A stretch of DNA of 64,000 nucleotides. Source: Ylistrum balloti. Lineage: Eukaryota. Within the stretch, counting starts at the first letter, position 1; each line of letters starts with the position of its first letter. This document shows positions 26,640 through 39,950 of the stretch, piece after piece. The notes under the pieces were generated by a model that did no database searches, was not told the DNA's origin, and saw nothing but the letters and a program-made list of their open reading frames with translations. The stretch spans positions 434,001-498,000 of the forward strand of contig NW_026782685.1 of assembly GCF_031769215.1 (NCBI RefSeq). The letters are read 5' to 3'. The translations under genes were made by a program, and so were the position numbers.

Positions 26640-28190
26640 TTCGTTAGACGTGTAGAACTGGAAAGTTTTGGAATGTGAACTTACAGATTTCTCTGCTAAT
26701 GGTAACCCAACCGCTTCGGTTAGGCGCTGATGACATGGAGCTTTGGAGCCTTCTGTTGTCAGCATCGTCAGGTGGATTCCAACCATCATCGGCCGTTTCG
26801 ACCCCTATTCCACGACGACCTATTGTTGGCGGGTCAGCAGTGGTGATCAATCACTGCTTGCTGTTGTCTGGGCTCTAGTTTGGCTCATCTCGTCTACACC
26901 ATAACCAGCATGATGCTCTCTCAACCCTTTCAGCCAAGGTCTTAATAGCTGCTTTCCTCTTTGCTCCTATCAGTCCCACTTTCTGGAACATCTTCCATAC
27001 TGACTGTGCAGGGAATCCTCTGGCACCGACCTCTACTGGAAACAGCCATGTGTTCCATCCCTTTTGTCTACACTAATCTGCTAGCTCTAGGTATTTGCCA
27101 GCTTTCCTCTCATGTGCTTCATCACACTCTTCTTCCCATGGAACTGTCAGCTCCACCAAGATGACCTTCTGGCGCTGTTGCGACCATATCACAATGTCTG
27201 GTCTCAGAGTGGTATGCACTACATCAGGAAAGACGAGACGCTTGTTGAGGTCTACTCTCATTTCCCAGGATGGTGCTTGGCTGAGTACATTCACACGATA
27301 TGCAGTTGGTCCCTTCTCTCCAGCTCTCACAAACTGTATGTGGGGTTTATGAGGTTCTATCAGTGACCTCTTCTGACGCCGCTCCTTTTCCAGAATATCT
27401 GCTAAGGCAGCTAGAACCTGGTCATAACGCCATCTGTACCATCCCTGCTGGAGGGCTACTCTACAGCCTGATAGGATATGTGCAAGTGTACCTCTTCCAG
27501 CGCACAAGGAACAAGCTGGATCTTCCAGAAGGCCCCACCTACACAAGTTGCTTGGAGATGGCAGTGTGCCATACACAGACCTGAGCATGAAGGATATCCC
27601 GAGAGGTTCCATTTTCCACAAGTCTGTCCATGTAATCTTGCGTTCAGGAAGATTCCACCGCGTCCATGATCCTTGCTGTCCTAACTCAACTGCTCTACTT
27701 TTGCGCTGCTGTTCCTCCTCTAATCTCACCACAGATACAATTCTGTCTCTTTTTTCCTTGCCGTCTGCTTTGCTCCACTGCTGAAAGTGATCGACTTCCA
27801 ATCCTCGTCTACCAACACAGATGTTTCCCACGATGTCTTGCAACTCCAGAGTACTCTCAGCTTTGCTGACTGTAGCAACAGCTGACCATTTCCGACCTGT
27901 CCTTGTGACCACTCCAGCTTTTTGTACCTTGATGTCTTTGGAGTCCTTCAGGGTCATAACCAATCTACACTTGGCCACCTTGAATTCTTCCACCATGGAG
28001 GACAATGGTAATTGCAACTGAGATGTCTTGCTGTAAAGGCCAACCACCGTGAAACTAGGTAGTACTCCCAGCCATGATCGTAGCTTCCTGCTGGTACATC
28101 TCTCCAAGGTTTCAACTGCTGTCAGTGGTAGCTCATACACCATCATGGGTGTAAAATGATGGATTGTAAGGCAGTAAATCAGATCGTTCA
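26640..28190 (-). mobile_element. 5'-truncated RLE-type non-LTR retrotransposon (HERO-like): post-RT region, CCHC knuckle, restriction-like endonuclease, 3' UTR
   Basis: The ORF 28191-27073 has CSLCAGRGTLAHILSGC, YRWRYDQVL, LRPDIVIWS and VILVELTVPWEE. After one in-frame TAG it continues in the same frame (GWNTWLFPVEVGARGF...RASCWLW) to a stop ending at 26875. A 3' UTR follows. Confidence 0.88.
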
Positions 28191-28559
28191 TTCATTCATG
28201 CACATCAAATTAAAAATAATAAATGCAAGAAATGCAAGAAAAACATTTGATCAGTCCGCTGAATGAGAACAAAGAAGAAGGGAAAATATGAAGAAGTTTA
28301 CATCGTTAACAGGTTACGGTGTCGCGTACGCGTTCGCGTGGCGGTTAACACAGGTATTGTAAAGAACGTGGAGATAGCGCAAATAGTGTAATATCGTAGT
28401 CGAGTGTAGTGTTGTCACAATATAATGTATTTAGAGGCGCTACAAAGTCAGATACAGACGAGTCGTTCAGTAGATCCTCAATGAAGATAAGGTAGTATGA
28501 CGTAGACAAGATTGCCCCCTTGTCGCAGTCCACGTTTCATATCAATCCAAAGAGATTTA

Positions 28560-28900
28560 GTCCCGTTACACATTAGAATGTTTCTAAGTCCTTAATATGT
28601 GTTTTTAATGATGGTTAGTATTTTTTCATTGATTTCTTTTAATTTTAGTTTCTGTACAAGTCCTCTATGCCACTCTGTATCGAACGCTCTCTTTATGTCG
28701 AGGAAAGCAGCATAAACTTTGTTATGCTGCTCGATATTGGCGTATAGCGTTTCACGTAACATGGAAGATGCTGTTTGGCATCCAAAAAGATGCTGAAAGC
28801 CCTGTTGCTGTTCATTAAGAAAGGATGGATGATATTCCGCCAGCCAAGCAGTTATAGATAACACTTTCATATATTTTATAAGCCATCGGTAACAGCGATA
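28560..28900 (-). mobile_element. Short non-LTR RT fragment (APE-type LINE)
   Basis: LNEQQQGFQHLFGCQT...VYAAFLDIKRAFDTEWHRGLVQKL corresponds to the RT subdomains Q.GF and FLD..KAFD.V.H. Confidence 0.8.
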
Positions 28901-31709
28901 TCAGTCTGTAATTATAGGGATCTGATCTAGGTTTGTTGTTTTGTTTATATATTGGTATAATGACGACCTTTTCCTATATATTTGGGATTTTCGTACCACT
29001 CGTGATGAGGTCAAACAATTTAGTCAGGTAAGTAGTCAAGGTCCTACCGCCGTATTTGAAGTGTTCATTTGTCAGTCCATCGATTCCAGGCGCTTTTTGT
29101 ACATTGTTTTTGTGAATAGATTCTATAACTTCGTCAAATGAAATTTCACAATATCGTTACACATTTTTCACCGTCCAATCCTTGATAAAAATGTCATCAT
29201 GTTTTGTGGGTGTATCGGTAGTGGAAGAGTACAATTTTTCGAAAAAAAAAAAGAAAAAAATGGCATATTGATTTCAAAGATATTCCGGGTCGCGAGCTAT
29301 CATAATACATCACAAATGAATTGAATAGTGAATATTATTATATTTTTCTTCCCGTCGGATTAAAAATGGGTTTTAGAACTTTTGATAAATTGCATCGCGA
29401 AAGATGTTCAAAATACAGTATATTCTAATTGATCACTATTTAGAGAATTCGTCAGCCAAATATACTCAACAAACCATTGACAACTTACCGGTAGTACAAG
29501 GTACAATAAGTCCAGCTCACGTTATATTCCGTTCCAGTTTCTGCTAAACCCTGTACAAACACTTCAGATAGTCATTCATGCAGCTTCACCGATAGAAGTC
29601 AAAGCGTATACTACTTTATCATATGTTTTTCCTTCCACACTTCGAAACAGTATACGTTAAATAAAGAATGTAATATGTGCCAGAAATATACTTGTTGATG
29701 ATTTTATTGCTCTCAGTTACAGACACAATCCGTGCATTACCCGATGACCTATAATGCCAGCAGTGTCGTATGGAGAGGTAATGGGACGCTTCTAGTGCTC
29801 TCTTTATCCGACCGGTAGAGCGTTCAGGTTGCGGTAAGACATACCCACCGGGACATTTATGCTAATAATTACCACCAAATGAAGGGAGACGAATATTTAC
29901 ATGTGTGTCGCCCACTGTACTCTATAAGTCAAAACATTGCATTCTTAATAATGGACTCTTTTTTCAGTATTTGCACAACGACAACGTCCCTGATAGATTA
30001 CGGGTATTAAGGTTAAAGATATTTGTTCCTGACATATATAAAACACTCTTTGACAAACATTACATATATTCGTTATTTTTTATTGCTGTGTTTGATATAT
30101 ACGCACTACTGTAACAGGCCTGACCTTGATCTTCAACGTTCCCCATCAGGTTATGAAAACACTTGACAAACACCATTAGAACAGTACAATTTATATCACA
30201 ATGTTGTGTTTTATACGTGCGCTGCCACTCATCATAAATACATACTGTCAGAATTCAGTGTGCTGGGAGCCAATTATGTAGTGTGTAGATATATAATTAT
30301 TTGCGGACTAAATAGATCCTGGTTGAATTAGAATATCAAGGAATACTTTATATAGCCATGTCTACTTAATGCTTAACTGGACTGGTTATATTTTTGTCGT
30401 ATTACACTTTATAGCACTAAGTACCATCGACCTATCAATGATAATAAATCAACAAATTAAACAATTACAGAGCTACTAAATTATAACAACATACATAGTT
30501 CTTGCAGTTTTCTCCTAGTTTTTGCAATGTAAACAAAGGAGGAGTGCCAGTTAGGGCCTTCTGGTGGCCATGACGAATACTTTTTATTTTTTGTCTATTA
30601 AAAACTTGAGGTCAGGCGGTAATGACATGACATTAATCTAAGGTCAGCTCAAGGCTTTTCAGTTGTTATAGGGGGGACGAGTGGGTGATCAAATTCATAC
30701 TTATTGCAATAATTATCAAACTAAAATATTTTGTTTTTAGTTTTTTTCTCTTAAATGTCATTTGATGATATAATTCAAAAACCTTCATTAGAAAAAATGA
30801 CCAAAAAATATGCCATTGTTGAAAAGTAGGTCGCGGTAATTAAGTGCCCTAATTACTAATTAAGTCAATGTAAACAATCTTGTCTGACAGGAATGTATTT
30901 CGCGATCTTTTTATACAATGTAAACAAACTTGTTATTCTAACAGGAATGTCTTTCAGATCTCTTTTATACTTTTCTCACCAGATCACATGATCCCTCTCA
31001 GCCAATCAAATATTTTCTCACATCCACTCTCACAAAAAGTTCCTTTCTCGTTCAATACAAATCCAGTATTTTAATAGCTGTAATTATTGAAATGATGTCC
31101 TCTTCTTGTCCTTATCTCTACATTTAAAAGTTATGTAGCAGATGAGGACAGTTTAAGATATAATATTCATTAAAAGGACAAGTATTATCTATACTCCGCG
31201 TCTCGTAGGAAACCAGACTATATGCGAAATTATACTCATAAAATAGCGTGATATGGTAAGAATGATATATAGTTCCGATCATAATAATAAAAAAACAAAA
31301 ATTGATAAAATTGTTTGTATAACTGGACCAACAGATAATAATTAAATACTAACTATATTCCTATAATACAATTATACTATGTATATATATAACGAACGAA
31401 GAAATGCTTTTGTAATGATAGCTTTACATACAAATCGTCAACGCACTTCCGGTTTACAAGCATCTTCACACCGCTGAATATAAAAACAATTAAGCACATT
31501 CTTGATGGCGATTGAGTCCAAACGTTAGTTAAAATTATAAATATCCCGCGTCAGTATTTTCCTGTGTTATTCCTTTATGGACTTATTTAGCATTGTTCAT
31601 TTCAATGAAACAGAATCAAAATTCCAGCTCAAAGTCAATACAACGAGGGTAAAATATGATCAAAAGAAAGATTTATTCGGATACTCCTGCAAAAAGGACA
31701 AGGAGTTTA

Positions 31710-31775
31710 AGATAAGGTGTTCCAGAGGAGTAACCGTCTCCAGCTTCATCGAAGACACACGACATATTAAATATA
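31710..31775 (-). mobile_element. Short copy of the PLE 3'-end motif
   Basis: The reverse complement reads gtgtcttcgatgaagctggagacggttactcctctggaacacc. Confidence 0.55.
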
Positions 31776-33247
31776 ATCAATGCAATAACTTATGTCACTC
31801 TCCAAATGAGAACGAGGTATACAATAAAGGAACCAGCAAGCAAACAAACACCAAACACGTCCAGCTTCATGTCGCCCAAAAATCACCTGTTTAAGGTGTG
31901 GGACCTTATAATGGAAACAATTGAATTGAAATTCCAATCAACTTTTTTTTTGTTTTATTATCTTTAAACATTCTGAATACATGTAGCTTCTCAACATGAT
32001 AATTATATCCATAAGGAAGCAGTACACAATTTCTTCTGAAGGGGCGTCGTTTTCCGGAATATTTTTGGACTGTGTCGGAGAAAGTTAATTGGACAGTCTA
32101 CACATCAAAAACTAGGTTTACAAAAACTGAGATTTCCTCATGGTCCACACGTGTTGATGTGAAGCCGTTCCGAGTTTCAATTTTCTGGAAAATTTAATTT
32201 CTTGTCGTGACAGTGCTGTTATTCTAGACTGGTGTTCTGATTCCTCGTATGGCTGTGCAGTTTTGGGATAAAACTGGTGATATTTTAGCGCATTTTGAGA
32301 TGGTACTCATGGTACCACATGTCAGAATATTCTTGTTTATACATTTCTTGTTCCTTAGCTGCAACTGCAATTATTATGTAGTTCATAAGTAAAGCATTTT
32401 TCGTAATCAGGAAAAATGTAACGAATTGTTCCCTTATACCTATATATTCTATTTCAATTATCGTTGCTCTATGCACTCTTTATTATGTTTATAATGCGAT
32501 TCATTATCTGCTAACCCCAACTTTTCTGACGTATTAACAAAGTAAAACTTACTCTGCCAGCAGATTTCGATATTTTTTTTTACGGAAATATTATTCTATT
32601 GATTCATTTGGCAATAATTAGCTCCGAGTATTGCTGCATTTTTGTAAGGCATTCACATACTATTTACCATGGCAAAGTGGATGGAATTGCTAATTAAACA
32701 AGAAATGGAAAATTTGAAGGGATACAACGAGACTCAGTACGTAGATAAGTGTATGTGGGTCACATTGATATTTATTTAGTGTGTATGTGTCTAGGGAATT
32801 GGAACCATTCCGTTAGGGTACATGATCGATCCGTTCAGTAGTAATGGAGTAATTATATACAGACGTCGGGTGTGTTGTTATATACACCAATGTATTGAGG
32901 TATTCACATGACATAACGGTGAACTGATAACTACTATCACAATATCTTACCTTAGAAACGATAACATTATAAGGTACAATAAGTATTATAAATGTATGTG
33001 AATAGATACAAAAACTTCAATTGATAAGTATCTGGATTACTTTTTCAAGGTAGTTTTACGTAAAACTATGAAATAAAGCGATTATTTCACTTTCGCCGGG
33101 AGGTACGTAAAACTTTTCTTTCATTTTCTAGTTCACTTTTTTGAAATTTCATTATTCATCCGCCGGCTTCAACTATAATTATATACAGGGAACATGTCAC
33201 TTGTTAGAAGTATGCTAGTCAAAATTGAAAATTGTTTTCACTTGAAG

Positions 33248-36200
33248 GGCATAATGGCTAGCGATATCATCAACCTTTACAGTTGCCACGTGGCCTTATT
33301 TACCGGGAGTTAGGTGATGACAGTTGCCGCGTGGCCTTATTTACCCGGAGTTTGGTGATGACAGTTGCCACGTGGCCTTATTTACCCGGAGTTTGGTGAT
33401 GACAGTTGCCACGTGGCCTTATTTACCGGGAGTTTGGTGATGACAGTTGCCGCATGGCCTTATTTAACGGGAGTTTGGTGTTGACAGTTGCCGCGTGGCC
33501 TTATTTACCGGGAGTTTGGTGATGACAGTTGTCGCGTGGCCTAATTTACCGGGAGATTGGTGTTGACAGTTGCCGCGTGGCCTTATTTAGCGGGAGTTTG
33601 GTGATGGCAGTTGCCGCGAGGCCTTATTTAGCGGGAGTTTGGTGATGACAGTTGCCACGTGGCCTTATTTACCCTGAGTTTGATGATGACAGTTATCGCG
33701 TGGCCTTATTTCCCGGGGGTTTGGTGATGACAGTTGCCGCGTGGCCTTATTTACCCTGAGTTTGGTTATGACAGTTGCCGCGTGGCCTTATTTACCGGGG
33801 GTTTGGTGATGACAGTTGTCGCGTGGCCTTATTTACCGGGAGTTTGGTGATGACAGTTGGACTTACTACTTGTTGTGTTGACATATGGAAGATTTGCAGG
33901 TAATGTATACCAACAAGTGTTTGTAGCTTATACTTTGGAATGCGTACACAGACAATTAATAGGGGAAACAATAAAGGTTGTTTGTGATAAATACTTTCGA
34001 ATGACAACTTTTTCCTGATAAAAATGTACATCGGTGGCATAATTGGAAACGATTTTAAACATACATTGTTTCTGTGTTTTGTCTGAAGTAAATATTAAGC
34101 TTTCATTTTGTATACTTTTAAAAGGGGTAAATATATTAGATATGATTTTGCCATGTAAATAATGTCTGTCAGCAACAGTCATCATAACAATACAAATCCT
34201 TAACATTGTTGTTTTCCTAGTACAATATTAGACAACATTTCTTAAAACTGACCAAATGATACAAAAAATTGTAGATAAAATCAGATTAATTTCATTCTGA
34301 TTCTATCGCAAAAAAAAAAGCAAATTAAAAGAACACCATAAATGACTTTGAAAATAAAGTCGATCAATTTACTATATTGTGTATTGTGTGACTGGTAGTG
34401 ATTTATTTGAAAAGTAAATTACATATCTCAGAAAAATACCGTTTAAGATACCTTTTGTTAAAACACAAGCATATTTTTATATGAATTTTATAAATGAAAA
34501 CAACATAAAAATCCATCTGCGTCGCCCTACGATTTGAATATGATATTTCTATTTATATTTTCGCTTACTGATACTGAATATGATTTGAGATCCCATGCTT
34601 CACTGAAGCAGAACATACCAAGATATGTTGCTCTACAGGATAAAAGTCATCAGCGGATTGAAAAGTAAGTCTTATTCTCTTTTTACTTTATCAGGAGTCT
34701 CCGTGTTTTGTTATATTTGAATTTGGATTATGATTATGTTGACATTTTGGTATTTTCTTCTTGTTTTATGTTTAGGAACTAGTTCCGGAATTGTCTTCAT
34801 AGCCGGAGTAGTTGTCAGTGGTTTCAACTTTGAAAAGAAACACAGTTTTACTACTGGATTTGCATTCTGTGGGTCAAGTTTCGGGTATTTATTTTCCCAC
34901 CCTTGATTCATTTGGTAAAGGATACTTATGGCGACAAAGACTTCTTTTTCATCTTCGACGGAATGGCTCTCAGTATATATGTCTTTGAATCATTATGTTT
35001 TCCTTCTCAATTGGAACATCTTAAAATACCAGGTTTTACCGGATGCGAATTGTCAATTTCCGCACCGAGCTTATCATGTGTGAAGAGATGTTATGACATG
35101 GTACGCATGTGTAAAAACATAGGATTTTTGGCTCAGTGTTGATACTTTTTTTGGCCAAATTGGAATCCATATGATGTATGTACATTTGACAAATTACGCC
35201 ATACACTTAGGGTCTTTTAGATTCCAAGCATCGCTCCTTCTCTCCATGACAGAGATTATGTGTTGTATATCCAGGCCTTTAGTTGGGATAGCAGCTAATG
35301 CAGACAATATATCGTCATTCATCCTGTTACTTTGGAACATTTGGAGTCCTTGGTGTGGCAACTGTAATATTTTCGCTTTTTAGAACATCGTACGTCTGTC
35401 AAATTATATCTTCGGCCTCTTTAGGAACATACGCTGGCAGTTGCTGTGTCCTTTTGAGCAATAACGTCATAAATGATGGATGTTCAATATTTAGCTTTAG
35501 CGTGTGGCGTGCAAATGGTTCTTCAATTGGAACTCTGTTAGCAAGTGTGTACTATAGTATTGTAGTACTTCCAATTTTAATTACACGAGTATAGATGCAT
35601 TCCAGATCACAAAACAACAGTGGTAAAAAAAACCAAACCAAAACAAAACAAAACCAAAAAACAAACAGATTTTTTCTTGACCTAATAGACACGATAATGT
35701 TTCATTACCTAAACTATTAATTGAGAAGTCGTCAGATTTATTACAAATGTATCATATTCATGCAATCTAGAGGACAAGTAAGTAGGTATGATGTCATTCC
35801 ACTGATCTATTTACCTATTGATTTAACAAAACACTGACATGTTGTGTACACGGTAATTCAAACCCATTAGCGATGAAACGCGAATACGATATGAATATTT
35901 ATGTGACGCTAGATGCGTTATATTACGAATACTATAGACATGTAATATTGTTTGTTTCTTTAATCCAACCATGTGCGGTGACCAAAACAAATTCAATAAA
36001 ATAAATGAAGTACATAATTATTGACTACCCTATTCATCCATTGCCAATCCCTATAAATAGCTGTTGATAAAAATATGGTTACATATATTATGAAACCGGA
36101 GTCGTTATGCATTGATGATGTTTCATATCTTTAATTCTAAAATTGAATTACTTTTTCTATGTGTTATAGTGGAAAGAGACTGGAAATACGAGACGTTCTG

Positions 36201-36480
36201 CGCTTTATCAGTTTTGTTGAAAAGCCCAAAAGAGATGTATTTGAAGTCTCACTGATTTGATCGTTACAAACACATTGAGTCATGAATATCAAAGCGGACC
36301 TCTCTTTTCCATCGTGATCGTCCTATTTATATAAAATGCCATTGCATTTCTACATCTTCGTCTTTAGGAATGTCTATTCTCTCAGCTGTTGTGCTTGGAG
36401 TTGCGGCAGTATACCTGTTGTGTAGTATCGATACAAAACCTGTCATCCTTACACTGTATAATATTAACAACCAAGACTAA
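33248..36480 (+). pseudogene. SLC16/MCT-like pseudogene (gene C), closest in sequence to gene A
   Basis: The exon 2 remnant 33248-33899 reads GIMASDIINLYSCHVALFTGS-[array]-VMTVGLTTC...VVLTYGRFAG|gtaatg. Exon 3 from 34776 reads GTSSGIVFIAGVVVSGFNFEKKHSFTTGFAFCG, followed by frameshifts and stops, MYVHLTNYA and YFGTFGVLG. An exon 4-like remnant is at about 36168-36210, and exon 5 at 36368-36480 reads GMSILSAVVLGVAAV...stop. A weak exon 1 candidate lies at about 32740-32900 (GIGTI...IDPF...|gtattc). Confidence 0.88.
33279..33859 (+). repeat. 41-bp minisatellite, 14 copies plus a terminal ACAGTTG, inside exon 2 of pseudogene C
   Basis: The unit acagttgccRcgtggccttatttaccgggagtttggtgatg starts at 33279, 33320, 33361 and so on to 33812. 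The final acagttg is at 33853. Confidence 0.97.
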
Positions 36481-39400
36481 CAGTGGATAAGTATAATTCA
36501 GCTATTTTAATGAAAACGCTAACGACCAATTAAACTTTTCACGTAAAAAATCATTATTTTGAGTATTTCTAGACAGTTGTAAAAATTATATATTTGTGTA
36601 AGAAAAAAACACAATAACATTAGAATAGTCATTGGAATTATAGTTAATGAGAACGCAGACAGGATAGCTAAGATGAAGGGCACTCTGAAAGTGTAAAGGA
36701 ATAACATTAAATTGTTATATACTGATAATAGCAATGCATGCTTCAATCAACGGTGACTGGTTGTAACGATGCCCTCAGGGGACTAATAACAAGCTATTTA
36801 GATATAGGAGCATAAACAAATGTGTTGTCCTAAACGAGCAGATCGTAGAGAAGTTGTCCTTTCTCAGTTCTGAACATCTTACATACCTTAATCACTTATT
36901 TCCACAACAGAATAATATTACACCTGTTTGTTATACGTTATAAATGCACATGACCAAATTGTAAATTAGATTGACAATTCACATTCGTATAGCATGGTAT
37001 CAGGTTCGTGATTTGGAAAGCCGTTTTGTGTTTATAGGTTTAAAAAATTTTCATTTTCATTAAACAGCCAGTCGTTACCTTTCACCAAATATTAGCTGTA
37101 CCATTACAGACGTTCTCCGTTGTCTTTTCTATTAGTGTCGGTGAACGAACCATTTGTTCAGTAGTTTGCAATTGTGCTGTTTTTACTTCCGCAAGATAGG
37201 ATCCTGGCTGTCGACGAGAGGAAAATATTTTCCCAATTTTATAGATATTTGAAAAAGTAATAATTCACAATTTTTTGGATATCTTTTGACGTGCATGGAT
37301 ATAAATTTGCCAACCTCATTAAATTAGGCATTGTTTGTACCAGTTATTTTGTGTTTGCTACAAGTTCATCCAGACATTTTATAAAATATTTAAAAAAAAA
37401 CTAATGCATTTTTGTGTTTCGTTGAAGGACAATGAAGTATGCAGATTAAAGAAACATTTTGAAGCTTATAAAAATGAATAAAGACAAATCCCAGTTGACA
37501 GAAACATATCAGAGAATGAATTTATTTAAATTGTCAGTTTTATTTTTAGGTTAGACATCTTCGGGATGTTCTCCAGTTTAAAGGTTATCTGTGCATTTTC
37601 AAGGACAACATATTTAATAGCATGCTTGATAGTCAAGTCTAACACTCCCAGGTATAACATTTTTGTATCATTTTAGTTTTTCCACCAAGATATAATTTGT
37701 TTCATAACAGGCCAGAAAAGGCTATTTTCTACCAATGTATGCTACGTATGTCGACTATTGGAGACCAACATGTATAGATACTTTCCATAATTCGTGCATT
37801 ATAAAGGTGATCTCCTGACAAATATACATGTATGAGGTTGAATGTAATGTTTTGGAAAGCTGTACTAAATTGTTCGACTTGGTCATTATTGATGTATGCC
37901 TTGTCCTTAGAATAGCAAATACAGTTATATCGTATGTAATGAAATCATAATACAATAATGTGTATGGAATGATTCAGACATTCACATACAGAGATAGCGT
38001 ATCTGCCTCCATATATCATATATCCTTTTCCCTGGTACATGTAGAAGGGGCGATAAGTAGGAGATAATCTGTTAGAGTCAAAATATTGTATGGGTATATT
38101 CTGTAATATGACAGAATGTCTTATATTGAAAACTTATTCCCGTTTTTGATAATTAATTACATGTATCAATATGATGTAAAGATGAAAGCTAATGACTACA
38201 TTGCCTTACCAAGACATTGCATTGCTGCTTTCTGATTCAGGAGTTTCATTGCATACACAAAGAAGTGTTTGTTATTGTCTCTTTATCTATCCTGGATGGC
38301 ATTTCAAAACATCCCAGACTAATTCTTTGTATGGCTGATTTCCATCGATGTAACTAATTTATCCTCCTTTAAGAATAATTCAAAGATGTCTCCTTACTGT
38401 GACACGTGTATCTAAGTATGGAGCCCATCCTCAGCTGGTTACAATGTGAATGGATTGAGATTCAAATGGCATTCAACAATCATATGGCTCGGTTCATTAT
38501 CCTTATCAGTGTTTGTTTTATTATTTCGTTTGTACTTTAATAGCATTGATTACTAAAAACTAAAGTTTGGATTGAGGTGAATGACTTGTACTTGAATTTG
38601 AAAATAAGTTTTTAACATTTTTGTATCTGCACTAAATGTAATGTTACATGTCTGAACCATGTATATATGTTCTTTTTGAGTTTTCATTTACTAGTAAAGG
38701 TCAAATGACATAAAAACATTCAATGTAAATCAGAGATTGAAACCTTCATTAAATCTTGTTACTCTAAAATTAGGCTATATATAGGTATCTCTTAAAATGA
38801 CATGTATGTACATTTTTCCAGTGAAATGTCCATTTGAAAAATTCTAAGAAAAAACATCAAATAAAAAAAAAAGAAGAAAAAATGAAGAAATTCAACATAA
38901 ACAGAATATCAAGTTACGTTTAATCTTTATTGTGTAAAGATTTTTATTAGTCGAAATATTTTTTTGATCGGTATTGGATAGTGCACCATCTCTTTTCACT
39001 GTAGTTAATAACTTTGTTTCATTTTCATGTTTAATAGCTCTTAAGGAATTAAGAGTCATGTTCTTTATATACAACAAAGCATACAATTATTGTTCCTTTT
39101 AAATTGCCTCATCTCAACTGCAAATTGAAAACAAAGTTTATTCTTATCAGAGACTTGCCTAGATATAAATTCTTACATACATTTGAAAGGTTAGTGTTCT
39201 GTTTTAATTGTGTTATTACTTAACAACAAGTGATTTTTATTTGTATGTTATGAAGATTTCAAAGGAAGAAATAATACTTTCTATATAACGTACATTGTAA
39301 TCTGATGTATATTAGTCTGAAAATTGCCAATACGAATAAAAAAAAAAGATAAGAGCATGATTATAAAATTTATTATTATTTACAAACAATCAATGATTTT

Positions 39401-39649
39401 GTAGCTCAGCAAAAACAGCTCGTCACGAAGAGCATATCTGGATTTTCTTTCAGGCACCTTGCATGGCGGAAACGACAACATTCGTGGCTACAAAAGCGAA
39501 CCACTGAATATATACTTAGATATTTTCTGCATGAAAGTGATTGTTTTGCATTTCTGAGTTAATCGTGAAATAAAAGATTCTTTGGTTATGTTTAAAAATG
39601 CTCAGAAGGACTTGACATATATCTGTTGCACGACCGTATGATTTGTGAA

Positions 39650-39950
39650 AATTGAAGACATTTTTCCCATTTCGAAAGGGTCTTAGAGAAAAACTTAGAT
39701 GTTTTGTAGAATAAATCAGTGTTGAAAGTTGGATGTTGTAACTCTTACATAATCAGTGTGAGTTCCTGCCTAATTCATTCGCAAAGCTTGGCTGACAGTT
39801 TTTTTCCGCAAAAGGTGCTAATTTGGGTACGGTATCGATTTGGATAGCGTCATGTTAAATGTATATCTGTCAGTTAAGTGTTGCACAATTTTTCCTGCAA
39901 GAATTTCCGTTTTAAAAGTCATCATCTTCGAAAGCTATTATGACAAAGTA
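39650..39950 (-). mobile_element. Possible decayed tyrosine-recombinase (Crypton-like) remnant
   Basis: The minus strand gives ...LSKSIPYPN*HLLRKKTVS... and RVT..NFQ, resembling the Y.NHSLR.T and TGHKN.QSL..Y motifs. The match is only approximate and needs frameshifts. Confidence 0.3.

Noticed and set aside
26735-26800. GAAAC...CTGACGA in the HERO-like 3' UTR (minus strand) as a permuted hammerhead
   Set aside because: There is no NUH after the putative stem III, no room for stem I, and stem II does not close.
29760-29870. GC-richer tRNA/SINE-like patch
   Set aside because: I could not build a cloverleaf or convincing A/B boxes.
31577-31894. 105-aa ORF
   Set aside because: It overlaps a PLE 3'-end motif on the opposite strand and has no recognisable domain or splice context.
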